From contig NC_043006.1 of the NCBI RefSeq assembly GCF_006345805.1, positions 40,300,001-40,364,000 on the forward strand: a stretch of DNA of 64,000 nucleotides, written 5' to 3'. Position 1 is the stretch's first letter, and every line of letters begins with the position of its first letter. The stretch is from Octopus sinensis (taxonomy: Eukaryota). Shown here piece after piece: positions 50,874 through 62,670 of the stretch. The notes beneath the pieces are model-generated. The model was given only the letters and a program-made list of their open reading frames with translations, searched no databases and was not told the origin of the DNA. Made by a program: the position numbers and the translations under genes.

Positions 50874-52277
50874 CTCTAGATGGACCAGAGCCTTGGGAGT
50901 AGATTTGGTAGATGGAAACTGAAATAAGCCCATCACGCCTGCATATATGTGCATGTGTGTGTGTGTACCCTTGTGAGGAAACATGGCCTAACGGTTAGGA
51001 TATTGAACACATGATCATGAGATTGTGGTTTCAATTCCTAGACAGGGTGGTGTATCATGTCCCTGAGTAAAACACTCCAGCTCACATTGCACTGTGACCG
51101 TTTTGACACCAGACATGTGGTACACTCTGCCCCTGAACACACAATCTCAATCTGATAGAGGAAGTGAGCTAATGTACAACACATACATTTGATTGCTATA
51201 AACAGATCATTTGTGCCGGTCATTCGGCAAAAGCTGAACACTCATAAGTCATCTTCAACAGGAGATTCCATCACTGCCCTTGTCTAGAAATCATACGATG
51301 GTTGTAAATAAACATCACCATCATACAAGTGGGGTTGTTCATTTCCAGTCTTCTGAGCTGACCATGGAGAAAAAGGTGAGGGTAGTGACAGGAAGGGCAT
51401 CTGACAAAAAAGTCTGCCTCGATAAACTTTGTCTAACCCATGCAAGCATGGAAAGGTAGGGTGGCTGTGTGGTGAGTAGCTTACTTACCAACCACAAGGT
51501 CCCGAGTTCAGACCCACTGCATGGCACCTTGGAGATGTGTTTTCTACTACAGCCTCGGGTTGACCAAAGCCTTGTTAGTGGATTTGGTAAGTGGGAACTG
51601 AAAAAAGCCTGTTGTGTGTATGTGTGTATGTTTGTGTGTCTGTGTTTGTCCCCCACACCATTGCTTGACAACCGATGTTGTGTTTACATCCCCGAAACTT
51701 AGAGGTTTGGCAAAAGAGACCAACAGAATAAGTACTAGGCTTACAAAGAATAAATCTTGAGGTTAATTTATTTTACTAAAGGCGGTGCTCCAGCATGACC
51801 ATAGTGACAAACAAATAAAAGAATAAAAGATGATGATGGTGGTGATGGTAGCAATTTCAAGCAATTTGGTTACTATTTCTATTAAGCTAAGTGACCATGT
51901 AGAGCAGTATTTCTCAACCATATTTTACCTATGGACCCTTTAAATTCCTATTTTACTAAAAGACCCCCTCCTGTTGCCATTTGATGTTTTAAAAATCCTA
52001 TTATATTTTTCTAAGTAAATATGATAAGGAATTACTCTTTTACTCTGTTTTACTCGGTTGTTTGACATTTAACTGCGGCCATGCTGGAGCACCACCTTCA
52101 GTCGAACAAATCAACTTCAGGGCTTGCTCTTTGGAAGCCTAGTACTTATTGTATCGATCTCTTTTGCCAAACTGCTAAGTTACAGGGACAGAAACACACC
52201 AGCATTGGTTGTCAAGTCATAGTGGGGAGACAAACACAGACACACAAACATACGTACGTACATATATACATACATAC

Positions 52278-52314
<37 letters not shown>

Positions 52315-52317
<3 letters not shown>

Positions 52318-53495
52318 TCCACTCAAACCCAGCAAAAGTCACCAGCGGTGTTCCCCAGGGAACTGTTTTGGGCCCGCTACTCTTCATAATTTACGTAAAC
52401 GACCTTTCCAGTGTCGTACATCACTGCAAAGTGAAAATATTCGCTGATGACACTAAGCTCCAGCAAATCGTCAATGAAGAAGCAGACCGAACTCAACTCC
52501 AGTCTGATCTATATGCTGTGAGTCAATGGGCAGACAGAAACAAAATGCAACTGAATGAGGGAAAATTTGAGCTGATGCATTTTGGAAGAAATTCCTCACT
52601 AAAACAACCATACTCTCTTCCTTCAGGGGAACTCACAGCCTCTAACAATATCAGAGACCTGGGTGTAATTGTTGATGACGATCTCAGTTGGAGTGCACAC
52701 ATCAACAAGAAGGTTGATATAGCTCGTAGGATGAGTTCCTGGATCTTAAGAACTTTCCGGTCCAGAGAACAAGGTGTCATCATACCACTTTTTTCCTCCT
52801 TTGTACAGCCACACCTTGAATACTGCTGCCCACTGTGGTCTCCTCACACAAGACAAAACATCTCCAGAATTGAGTCACCCCAGAGGGCTCTCACTAAACA
52901 AATTGAAGGCATGGCTGCTCTCGATTATTGGGATCGCCTTAAAGCCTTGAAACTTTACTCCCTCCAGCGTCGCCGTGAGCGGTACATCATTTATACGATG
53001 TGGAAAATATACCGCCAACTTTGCCCAAACGACCTAAACATTAGCTTCAAGGTCCATCCAAGACTTGGACCACGGGCTATACGTCCCCTGCCAAATTCAA
53101 GATCACAACATACATGTACACTGCAACATAATTTCTTTTCCTCACAGGCCCTGCCCTATTTAACATTGTCCCGAGGGAGATCAAAGAGGAAAAGGATCCC
53201 ATCAACTTTAAACAGAGTCTGGATAGATTCCTTCAAAGAATACCAGATAAGCCACCCATAATTGGATACAACTCACCCAACAAGAACTCACTACTTGAAC
53301 AAAACTGGATACAACTCACCCAACAAGAACTCACTACTTGAACAAAACTGGATACAACTCACCCAACAAGAACTCACTACTTGAACAAAACTGACTTAAA
53401 CAGGATTCGAATAATCCTATCAGGTGGTGCTATTAAGTTAGACATGGCCTGGACCAATCTCTGGTCGAAACATATCTAAGTTTATCTAAGTTTAT
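52315..53495 (+). mobile_element. 5'-truncated LINE (CR1/Jockey-group RT C-terminal part) inserted into the (TA)n of a SINE
   Basis: SGVPQGTVLGPLLFIIYVNDL, FADDTK, RDLGV, LEYCCPLWSP, LYSLQRRRER; frameshift near 53140; 3' tail (CTAAGTTTAT)2. Confidence 0.9.
53264..53393 (+). repeat. 43-bp tandem repeat x3 at the LINE ORF end
   Basis: GGATACAACTCACCCAACAAGAACTCACTACTTGAACAAAACT at 53264, 53307 and 53350. Confidence 0.9.
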
Positions 53496-53559
<64 letters not shown>

Positions 53560-54109
53560 ACAGGCTTCTTTCAGTTTCTGTCTACCAAATCCATTCACAG
53601 GTCTTTGGCTGGACCTAGTAGAAGACACTTGACCAAGGTTCCACACAGTAGGGCTGAACCCAGAACCATGTGGTTGGTAAGCAACCTCTTACCAAACAGC
53701 TACTCCTGTGCCTATAAAAAAAACATTGTCAGAATATTTTGCATATTGTTAAAGCATAAGCAATTTATTGCACATAAATTTTAAGACCAAAATCTTAAGT
53801 GGACCCTACTAAAGGTCAAGTGAGCCCCGTTTGAGAACCACCGATTTAGAGGTCCCTCATTGGTTTACACATTCATATAGTATGTTTATACAGGCATGTG
53901 TGGAATATTTGAATAATCAAATGGGTTAATGTCAGTCTATTGATATATCTGCTAGGTACAGGAATGGCTGTCTGGTTAAGTTTGCTTCCCAACCACAAGG
54001 TTCCAGGTTCAGCCCCACTGCATGGCACATCGGAGAAGAGTCTTCTACTATAGACTGAGACCAACCAAAGCCTTGTGAGTGGATTCAACAGATGGAAACT
54101 GAAAGAGGC

Positions 54110-54154
<45 letters not shown>

Positions 54155-54542
54155 CATTAGTTAGTGACCATTTTCCATGCTGGTGTGGGTTGGACAGTTT
54201 GACAAGGGCTGTTCTGGCACCCTGTCTGTTTTGACATGGTTTCTACAGCTGGATGCCCTTCCTAACATCAACCACTTTACACAGTGCTCTTACGCAGCAC
54301 CATCACAGGCGTTTTTTACATGGGACCAGCAGCTATGCGCATGTGTATGTGTGTGTTACCACAGCTTCACAACCAGTGTTGGTGTGTTTATGTCCCAATA
54401 ATTTAGCAATTCTGCAAAAGAAACTCATAGAATAAGTACCAGGCTTTAAACAAAATGCACTGGGAATCGATTCAGTCAACTAAAATTCCTCAAAGTGATG
54501 CTACAGCCTGGCCACAGTCAAGTGACTGAAACAAATAAAAGG

Positions 54543-54597
<55 letters not shown>

Positions 54598-55329
54598 GGG
54601 AAGGTTTACGAAAATAAACAAAAGACGGAGGCAGATGGAGTACAAACAACAAATGTATTAGTATGGCGCTCAGGAATAGAAATAGAACAAGTCTTTTATG
54701 TTTCGAGCCTACGCTCTTCGACAGAAAGATACAAAGAAAAAAACAAGGAGAGAAAAAAATGCATGTAGGAGCTAACGATCTAACATATATATAACGATCT
54801 AACATATGTATATATATGTATATACACACGTAAATGTAGAACATTGGAATGAGTGCTCAACATGGCACTGGCAGATAAATAATTTCTTTATTTGTAAATT
54901 AAGGCTACCATTAGTTTCATGTTAAGAAGAGTAAGAAAATATCCAAGTATCTTAACAATTTGATTTGCTGTGACCAGCTTGAAAAATTGTTGAGATACTT
55001 GGATATTTTCTTCCTCTTCTTAACATGAGACCAATAGTAGCCATATAAATAAATGTACATATACACACAAATACATAAAGACACACACATGTATACATAT
55101 ACAGACACACACACATACATATACACACACATATATACAGATACATACACATATACAGACACACACACACATATACATACACACACATATACATATATAG
55201 ACACACACACATATACAGACATGAACACACATATATACATAGTTAATCCAAACATGAAAACACAACAACGCGAGGACATGGAACAAATATAGTAGTATTG
55301 GACGCTCAGGAAGGAAGGGAAGAAGGAGG

Positions 55330-55364
55330 GTTTTACGTTTCGAGCGGAGCTCTTCGTCAGAAAC
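55330..55364 (-). ncRNA. Minimal type I hammerhead motif with palindromic ACGT stem III
   Basis: Minus strand GTTT-CTGACGA-A-GAGC(TCC)GCTC-GAAAC-GTA^AAAC, inside a ~200 bp element between CA/TA microsatellites (~55240-55435). Confidence 0.7.
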
Positions 55365-56279
55365 ATAGGAAAAGGAAAGATCCAGAGAAGGGAAGACGGA
55401 GGGAAAAAATCGCCAACGGTACACACGCGGTCACACACATATATACATATACAGACACACACACATATTCAGACACACGCATACATATATATATATATAT
55501 ATATACATACATACAGTGTGTGTGTGCGTGTATCCCATTGTCTTGACATTGCATGATCCCTATAAATGAGTGGCTTTCATTTCAAATATTGTGTGGAAAC
55601 ATGGTCTGTTTATGGAGAAATATTACTTTTGCTTGGAAACAAATAAGGCAACAGGAAGGACAGCATCCATCCAGCTGAAGAAAAATCTACCTCTATAAAA
55701 CTTCCATCTGACCCATGCAAGCATGGAAAAGTGGACATTAAAACAACACCGATGACATGTAAAGATTTGTGTGTCTGTGTGTGTGCACGCATGTGTTTAT
55801 CTTCGTAATAATCCAAAAATATCCATTTCTTAAATGGGAAACAGGTTGTGGAATTTCCTTCAACACCACACACACACATTTCTTAAAGTTTTGCCATGAC
55901 TTATTTCCTCCACTCCTACAGTATTTCCCCCCTCTTATCATAAAACTTTTTCCGATACGAGTTAACATATCTTAATGAAAGGAAACTAAGAAGCCGGTCA
56001 GCTACAGTTTTCAAAGACTGACTAGGAAAGAGAACGGAAGCTATATGAAAAATTGAATATTTCAAAATTCATCAAATTTTACAGACTTTCACAGCATGAA
56101 TGGCAGAAAAGAGAACATATATACCAAACGAGCAAAGCCATAGAGCAGAGCAGCAGAATCAAGAAAACTGGCCTGGGTAGATTCTTTCTAGCTGAAGTTC
56201 TAATACTTGCATAGCTGGGGGGAGAAGGGGGGCATCCTAGGAGGAACTTTTAAAAAGGCCCCACTTTTGGGCCTGCTGT

Positions 56280-56470
56280 CTTATCTTGTCTTGAGACAGC
56301 ATTCACTCGGGATGGGTTGAGCTGGCTTCATTATCCCCAATGCTGCATCTTTCACAAACGCCGACCAGACCTGGCAATTTGAGGCTAATGACCGTGTAAT
56401 CTTCAACCACTCCTTATTCCAGCGGCGAATGCCGTAGATATGGGAGCCTAGACTAGAACCCAACCATCTC
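56280..56470 (-). mobile_element. Short LINE (RTE-like) 3' end with a 37-bp flanking duplication
   Basis: IYGIRRWNKEW...LASNCQVWSAFVKD; tail CAAGACAAGATAAGA; direct repeat at 56239-56275 and 56471-56507. Confidence 0.6.
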
Positions 56471-57603
56471 AGGAGGAACTTTTAAAAAGGCCCCACTTTT
56501 GGGCCTGTTGTAGGCAATATGCGCTTTTTGTGGGACCCGGGGGTGGCAAATGGAAGGGCCAACCCATGCAGCACACACTCTAGCTACGCTAGTGACTGCA
56601 CCACAGCAGAGAAAGAATAATTCAACAAACATTGTATGTAATACAGCATACACCCTGTATTACAAACTGTACACAGTACAGACTGTGAAGCTGCAAGGCC
56701 TAGTGCAGTTGTTCCCAATCTGGTGGTCTGCAAAGGTAGTACTGGGGGTCTGTGAACTAAATCAAAATTTCATATACATAGGCGCAGCGTGGCTGTGTGG
56801 TAAGTAGCTTGCTTCCCAATCACATGGTTCCAAGTTCAATCCCACTGTGTGGCACCTTGGGCAACTGTTTTCTACTATAGCCTTGGGCTGCCAAAGCCTT
56901 CTGAGTGGATTTGGTAGATGGAAACTGAAAGAAACCTGTCATGTGTGTGTAATGTGTGTGTGTGTGTGTGTGTGCGCATGTCCCTCCACTATCGCTTGAC
57001 AACCAATGCTGAGTTTATGTCCCATAACTTAGCAGTTCAGCAAAAGAGACCAATAGAGTAAGTACTAGGCTTACAAAGAATAGGTCCTTGGGTCGAATTT
57101 TCTGACTAAAGGTGGTGCTCCAGCATGGCTGCAGTCAAATGACTGAAACAAGTAAATGAATAAAATGTATATATACATAAGGATAAGCATATTAAAAGGG
57201 ATCCATGAGAAAACTCATTTAAATAAAATGTGATCCTTGGTAGTGAAAAGGTTCAGAACCACTGGCCTAGTGTGCAACACACTAAGAAAAATCTGTAAAT
57301 ACACTGTAAAATTCTTTGTATGAAAAACTATGTACTTACTGAATAGCCTAATACTGGGTACCCAGTACAGACTGTCAGTACTAAAGCCATCTGCAAGGGG
57401 TTAAACAAGAATATCATTGACAATTACTGCGAGGTTTTGGCCAGGTTACCCATCATCAGACTGCAGTCACAGTCACTGTCAACGATATTCTTGTTTAAGA
57501 ATAATATACATATATAGTTATGTTGTATTCTGTCAGTAATGCATTGGAGTACAGTATAGAACTTGTCCACCTGCAGAATTATCCAGTAGTATTGGTAGTG
57601 TTG

Positions 57604-57850
57604 TGGAGGCATGTGGTTTAGTGGTTAGGGTGTCAGCATCATGATCGTAAGATTGCAGTTTCGATTCCTGGACCGGGCAACGCGTTGTGTTCTTGGGCAA
57701 AACACTTCATTTCACGTTGCTCCAGTCCACTCAGCTGGTAAAAATGAGTAACACTGCAATGGACTGGCATCCCATACAGCTGGGGAACACATACGCCATT
57801 GAAAGCAGGAAACCGGGCCCATGAGCCTGGTTAGGCTTTAAAAAGGGCGC
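57604..57850 (+). mobile_element. tRNA-derived SINE family D (GGCATGTGGTTTAGTGGTTAGGG...CCAGTCCACTCAGCTGG)
   Basis: A/B boxes present. Other copies at ~315-580, 10040-10390, 11900-12115, 23160-23370, 25430-25680, 28375-28625, 31935-32255, 33410-33710, 38590-38910 and 40380-40700. Confidence 0.8.
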
Positions 57851-57978
57851 ATTTATTATTATTCATTGGTAGTGTTATTATATACTTCCAAGCTTAAATT
57901 TGGGCATTCACCATAGGTGAATATAAAATTGAAGAAATTGGAATCAGGAGGAGGGAGAACAGTTGCATAATCAAATAC

Positions 57979-58086
57979 CTGTATTCTTGGAGAACTAGGT
58001 TATGCTGAAACAATTGTAACGAATAATAAACAAATGTCCAACTGTACTCCCACTTCCTGACTCCAGTATCTTCAATTTTATATATA
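57979..58086 (-). promoter_or_regulatory. Candidate promoter and non-coding first exon of the FRRS1-like gene
   Basis: Repeat-poor island. Minus strand has TATATAAAA (58084-58076), CAGGAAGTG (ETS-like), an ATG-free stretch and the donor CAG|GTATTT at 57979. Coding exon 1 has an acceptor, so an upstream exon is expected. Motif-only evidence. Confidence 0.25.
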
Positions 58087-59131
58087 CAAGCATACCTCGG
58101 CTTAAGTTATTTCGATTTAAGTCATCCTCAATTATACGTCGGTTTTCAAAAATAATATATGGAAAAATAAAAATCAAGTTAAGTCATTTTACTTGACTTT
58201 ACATCTGTCAGCCGCAAATATTGGAATCGTAAAATCACTAGAAAACCGTTAAAAGCACATAAAATCATTTTACTGTACAATAAAAATAAAAGCATAAAAA
58301 AAGATATTAAAATACGTACAGTAAATGTTAAGATACACACCATAAAGTAGTGTAGCTTAGTGAACAAAATCATGAGATCACGAAATTGTACGTATGTATT
58401 GGTAAATTTAAAATAATTTAGTTTTTTACTATTGTAAAATAATAATAATTACTGAATTTGTTTTTTGAGCTTAAAAATGGCTTTTATTTTACTATGTCTT
58501 ATTGCAAACCATATTCATAAATAAAGCATCCGTAATGTACGGTAAATACTGCAAAACTGAATTCTTAAATTTAGATTACTTTTTTTTTACTGTACTGTAT
58601 TAAAAAATAAAAATTATTTGTTTGTAAGCTAAAATAGGTTTTTATTAACCATGTCTTATTAACCATAAATAAAATACAGAACTGGGAATGGTTATTATAG
58701 ATTTAGCTTAGAGACAAGTAAGGTTGGCCTAGCCTAGAGACAAGTTAATTCAACTTAAGTCATGTCTCCTGGAACCAATTAACAACATAGGATGAGGTAT
58801 GCCTGTATATACAAATATATAAACAGCAAAGCTAGTCCACACATCAAAGTGACTGTTGAATGTCACTACTAGTTTAACCCCAGACAGATTCTCCACCAAC
58901 CGGTTATCAGTGCAACACTCTGCACTCTTTACATACAATGTCTTTACATTCTGAGTTCAAATTCTGCCAGGGTCAACTTTGCCTTTCATCCTTTCAGGGT
59001 CGATAAATTAAGTACTGGTTGTGTAGTGGGGTCGATCTAATCGACTGGCCCCCTCCCGCCAAAATTTCAGGCCTTGTGCTTAGAGTAGAAAAGTAGTGAA
59101 CCCCTATTACCCTCTAGCAGCTAACAGGATT

Positions 59132-59176
59132 ATGAGACTGACTCAGTTTCGAGCTATTTGGCTCATCTTCAGCCAT
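59132..59176 (-). ncRNA. Type I hammerhead ribozyme motif
   Basis: Minus strand ATGG-CTGAAGA-T-GAGC(CAAATA)GCTC-GAA-ACTG(AGT)CAGT-C^TCAT. Confidence 0.75.
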
Positions 59177-59377
59177 GAGAATCTGTGCATCAGAGTGATA
59201 GCCAGAATCCGCTACTGCTAACAATATATTGTAAACAAAGTGACCATTGGTCACTAATTCTAGTTATAAGTAGCTAGTTATAAGATCTCAAGAAGAGACA
59301 GTAATAACGTATACTAAACAGTAAAGCCAGTCATCACATCGAAATGACTGTTGAATGTTACTAGTAGTAACATGGTA

Positions 59378-59409
<32 letters not shown>

Positions 59410-59535
59410 CACACGCACACCATAGAAAACAGATGCTAAATGATGATGATGATGTATATACATCTTGTCTGGACACTGCATGTTAATTGTAAATGGGTGT
59501 CACTATCATATAAACAGCATCATTCATTTCAAAAA

Positions 59536-59571
<36 letters not shown>

Positions 59572-59580
<9 letters not shown>

Positions 59581-60330
59581 TATATACAGACTAAATCAGT
59601 TACTTGTGCTGAATCAGAACTTCCCATCATAACAGCAAAACCACCGGGTGTGTATTTGCAGAACCACATCTTATTGTCAAACTTTATGATAGATTTTCTG
59701 GCAGCCAACACAACATTAATTTCTTCCCAAGTGAGACCAGCTTTGTTATGAGCAAGCCAAAGTGCCTTATTAATTACTAGTGGGTTGATGGAGGAATAAA
59801 AACTAGAAAGGTCAAACTGGATAAACTTACTGCTCCTCTTATTAGTAATAGAACTAAACCAGTTGACGACTTGCAATGAATTGGATCATAAACTAAGCTT
59901 TAATTTTTAATTAAGGTAGGAATACATTTTTTTAGAATATTTTTACAAGTACACCGATGTCAGAGCTGGAAGGACAGATAAGTCTGAAGGAAGGGTTATT
60001 AAAAAAATTTTGTTTATGATCTTTCAAAATAAACCAAGGTTGCTTAGGATCAAGTGGTTCTGTCTTCATTTGTAAGTTATACCTCTCCATAATTTTCTTA
60101 GCCTCAAGGTTAGCTTTCTTGAGTACACTTTTATCAGTAATCCTATAGTTTTTTGAATTTCTTTTTTAAGCAGTTCCAAGTAAACATGGTTATAAAGCGT
60201 GCTTACCAATGTAAACATTGGCAGAAACACACCTTTAGTTCATATAAGTGATATCTATCATCATATATAATTTAAACACTGATTTTCTTCTTACATTTCA
60301 TTTTCACTAGATATATCTTTTTCCAAGACT
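59572..60330 (-). mobile_element. Degenerate Penelope-like (Neptune-type) reverse transcriptase fragment
   Basis: Motifs FILKDHKQNFFNNPSFRLICP, FIQFDLSSFYSSI and FAVMMGSSDSAQVTDLV, with frameshifts; flanked by hammerhead motifs. Confidence 0.75.
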
Positions 60331-60543
60331 TTAGGGTTTTATTTAATTTGCATATCATTCTATACTTCTCATTTATTTGGTTTCTGATATTTTCTTTTCT
60401 TTACCCCTCCTCTTTCTATAGGCTACCTTTGACGTTATATCCTCTAAGGTTTTTTAAAAAAAAACTTTATAGCGGTCAGTTCATTACTTTACATATCCAT
60501 CATATTCTGTTAAAATGTCTTATTGACAAGTTTTAGTTCTTCA

Positions 60544-60631
60544 TTTCCCTGAAGAGAAGATTACATTATTTTACACCATTTTGTTCCTTTGGAATAATAC
60601 CAATGATATCTTCGAAACATGTGTCGGAAGT
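60544..60631 (+). ncRNA. Type I hammerhead ribozyme, canonical core, PLE-associated
   Basis: TTCC-CTGAAGA-GAAGAT...ATCTTC-GAAAC-ATGT-GTC^GGAA; stems I, II and III all pair; predicted cleavage 60625/60626. Confidence 0.8.
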
Positions 60632-60679
60632 AAAAGAATTTGAATAACACCTGTGTTTAACTCCATTTATTTATTTATT

Positions 60680-60732
<53 letters not shown>

Positions 60733-61477
60733 ATACATACATACATACAATGGAGAGAGAGCTAATATAGGAATATATTCACACATATGTAAATATGTAT
60801 ATGTATATATACATATGACGTGTAATCCTTCCCATAATAACAATAGTCCATATGTATGTGCATGTGTTGTGACACTTTTGACTGTTTGCATATTCATATG
60901 CTGCTCTCACTAAACACAGTTCACAGAGATGCCTAGAAAATACTAATACATACAAAAGAACTAGTTTGAAGCATTTAGTATGTAAGTACATCAACACACA
61001 CACAGAAACCATTACACACAAACATAAATAAGTACAAAAGTTCATTTTTTTTTTGTTTATGTAATAATGCCAAACAAAAAAAAAATTCTTTTATCCTTTA
61101 TATATCTTATTTACTTTAAGCCTTCCTTTCTTAATAAATGCCATGTTTAACAACAAATGTTGGTAGGTATTTAGAACATCACTTTCATTGCATGCTAATG
61201 GAATTTGGATAATTTTGAAGAAATTTCTAAATATAGTAGACACAATTAGTTTGGTGATAACAGTTTTTTTTGCTTTGTTATTCAATATTTTGTATTGTTT
61301 TGTCGAGCAATTAGGAACAAATTTTTGAAATTTTTTTTCTGGGGTCATGCCTGTTGCTAAATTATCATAAACTTATGAAATATTTTGTATAGTTGTTCAT
61401 TTTTCTCATTGTTCTTATTTAACATGTTCATATACAGAGACAGATATACTCACACACATAGACATATATAAACTCAC

Positions 61478-61848
61478 ATCATCATCATCACCGTTTAGCG
61501 TCCACTTTCCATGCTGGCATGGGTTGGACGGTGCAACTGGGGTCTGGGAAGCCAGAAGGCTGCACCAGGCCCAGTCTGATCTGGCAATGTTTCTACAGTT
61601 GGATGCCCTTCCTAACGCCAACCACTCCATGAGTGTAGTGGGTGCTTTTTACATGCCACCAGCACAGGTACCAGATGAGGCTGGCAAACGGCCACGATCA
61701 GATGGTGCTTTTTATGTGCCACCGGCACGGAAGCCAGTCAGGGCGGCGCTGGCAACGGCCACGTTTGGATGGTTCTCTTATTTGCCACCGGCACTGGTAT
61801 CACAGCTACAATTTCCATTCATGTTGAACGATTTTGATTTTTGATTTT
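61478..61848 (-). mobile_element. SINE-like family A (internal GCCGGTGGCACGTAAAAAGCACC repeats, (GAT)n tail)
   Basis: Other copies at ~1940-2250, 8708-9107, 16185-16530 and 18038-18665 (+); ~12305-12680, 22655-23110 and 26420-26980 (-). Confidence 0.85.
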
Positions 61849-62339
61849 TTGATACATATACATAACAATACACACACATATATAAACTCACATGGCACAC
61901 AGACATGCATATATAAATTCACATACACATATGTAACACACATCATCATCCTTTAATGTCTGTTTTCCATGCTGGCACGGGTTGGATGGTTTGACATGGA
62001 GCTGACCAGACTCCAGTTGTCTGTTGTGGCATGGTTTCTATGGCCGGATGCTCTTCTGAGTACCAACCATTACAGAGTGTACTGGGTGCTTTTTATCAGC
62101 CACTACACATACATATACTTCCACACACACATACACACACACAATGGGCTTTCCCATAATTTCCATCACCCAATCCCACTCACACGACTTTGGTCGGCTT
62201 GAGGCTACTGGAGACAACAAATACTCAAGCTGAGACACAACAGGAATAAACATGAAACCACAAAGCTCCAAAGCAAAATTCCTCACGACACACCCACACC
62301 TGCGACCATATATGGTGGCTGTCTGCTGCTTGCAGAGCT

Positions 62340-62670
62340 TGACCTTTTCTTGTATCTATAATTGCTCTTTCCCAGCGTGAGATCATAAATAACTTTTGAG
62401 CCCTGAAAAGCATTTGAAGAGCTGATCACAAATACTGCTGTAATGTCTCATTTTGGCATTGGCTCCATTTTCCATTTGTTTATTAAGAATGTTCAAGTGC
62501 TGCTTCAATCCTCCATGTGGACTTGCAGACTTTTTGACAGACACTCCATTGAAACTGGGCATCCAGAATGAAATTCCAATAGTTCATTTATGTCTGACCC
62601 ACACGGGTGCACTGGTGCAATCTCATATCAGCACGAGATATGCATACTTTTGAGCATAAACATCATTTAA
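62340..62670 (-). mobile_element. Possible decayed LINE 3' end with a C2H2-like finger remnant
   Basis: One stop-interrupted frame ends YSSICDQLFKCFSGLKSYL*SH. Confidence 0.35.

Noticed and set aside
52368-53261. 297-aa ORF as a host gene
   Set aside because: It is a 5'-truncated, frameshifted LINE reverse transcriptase.
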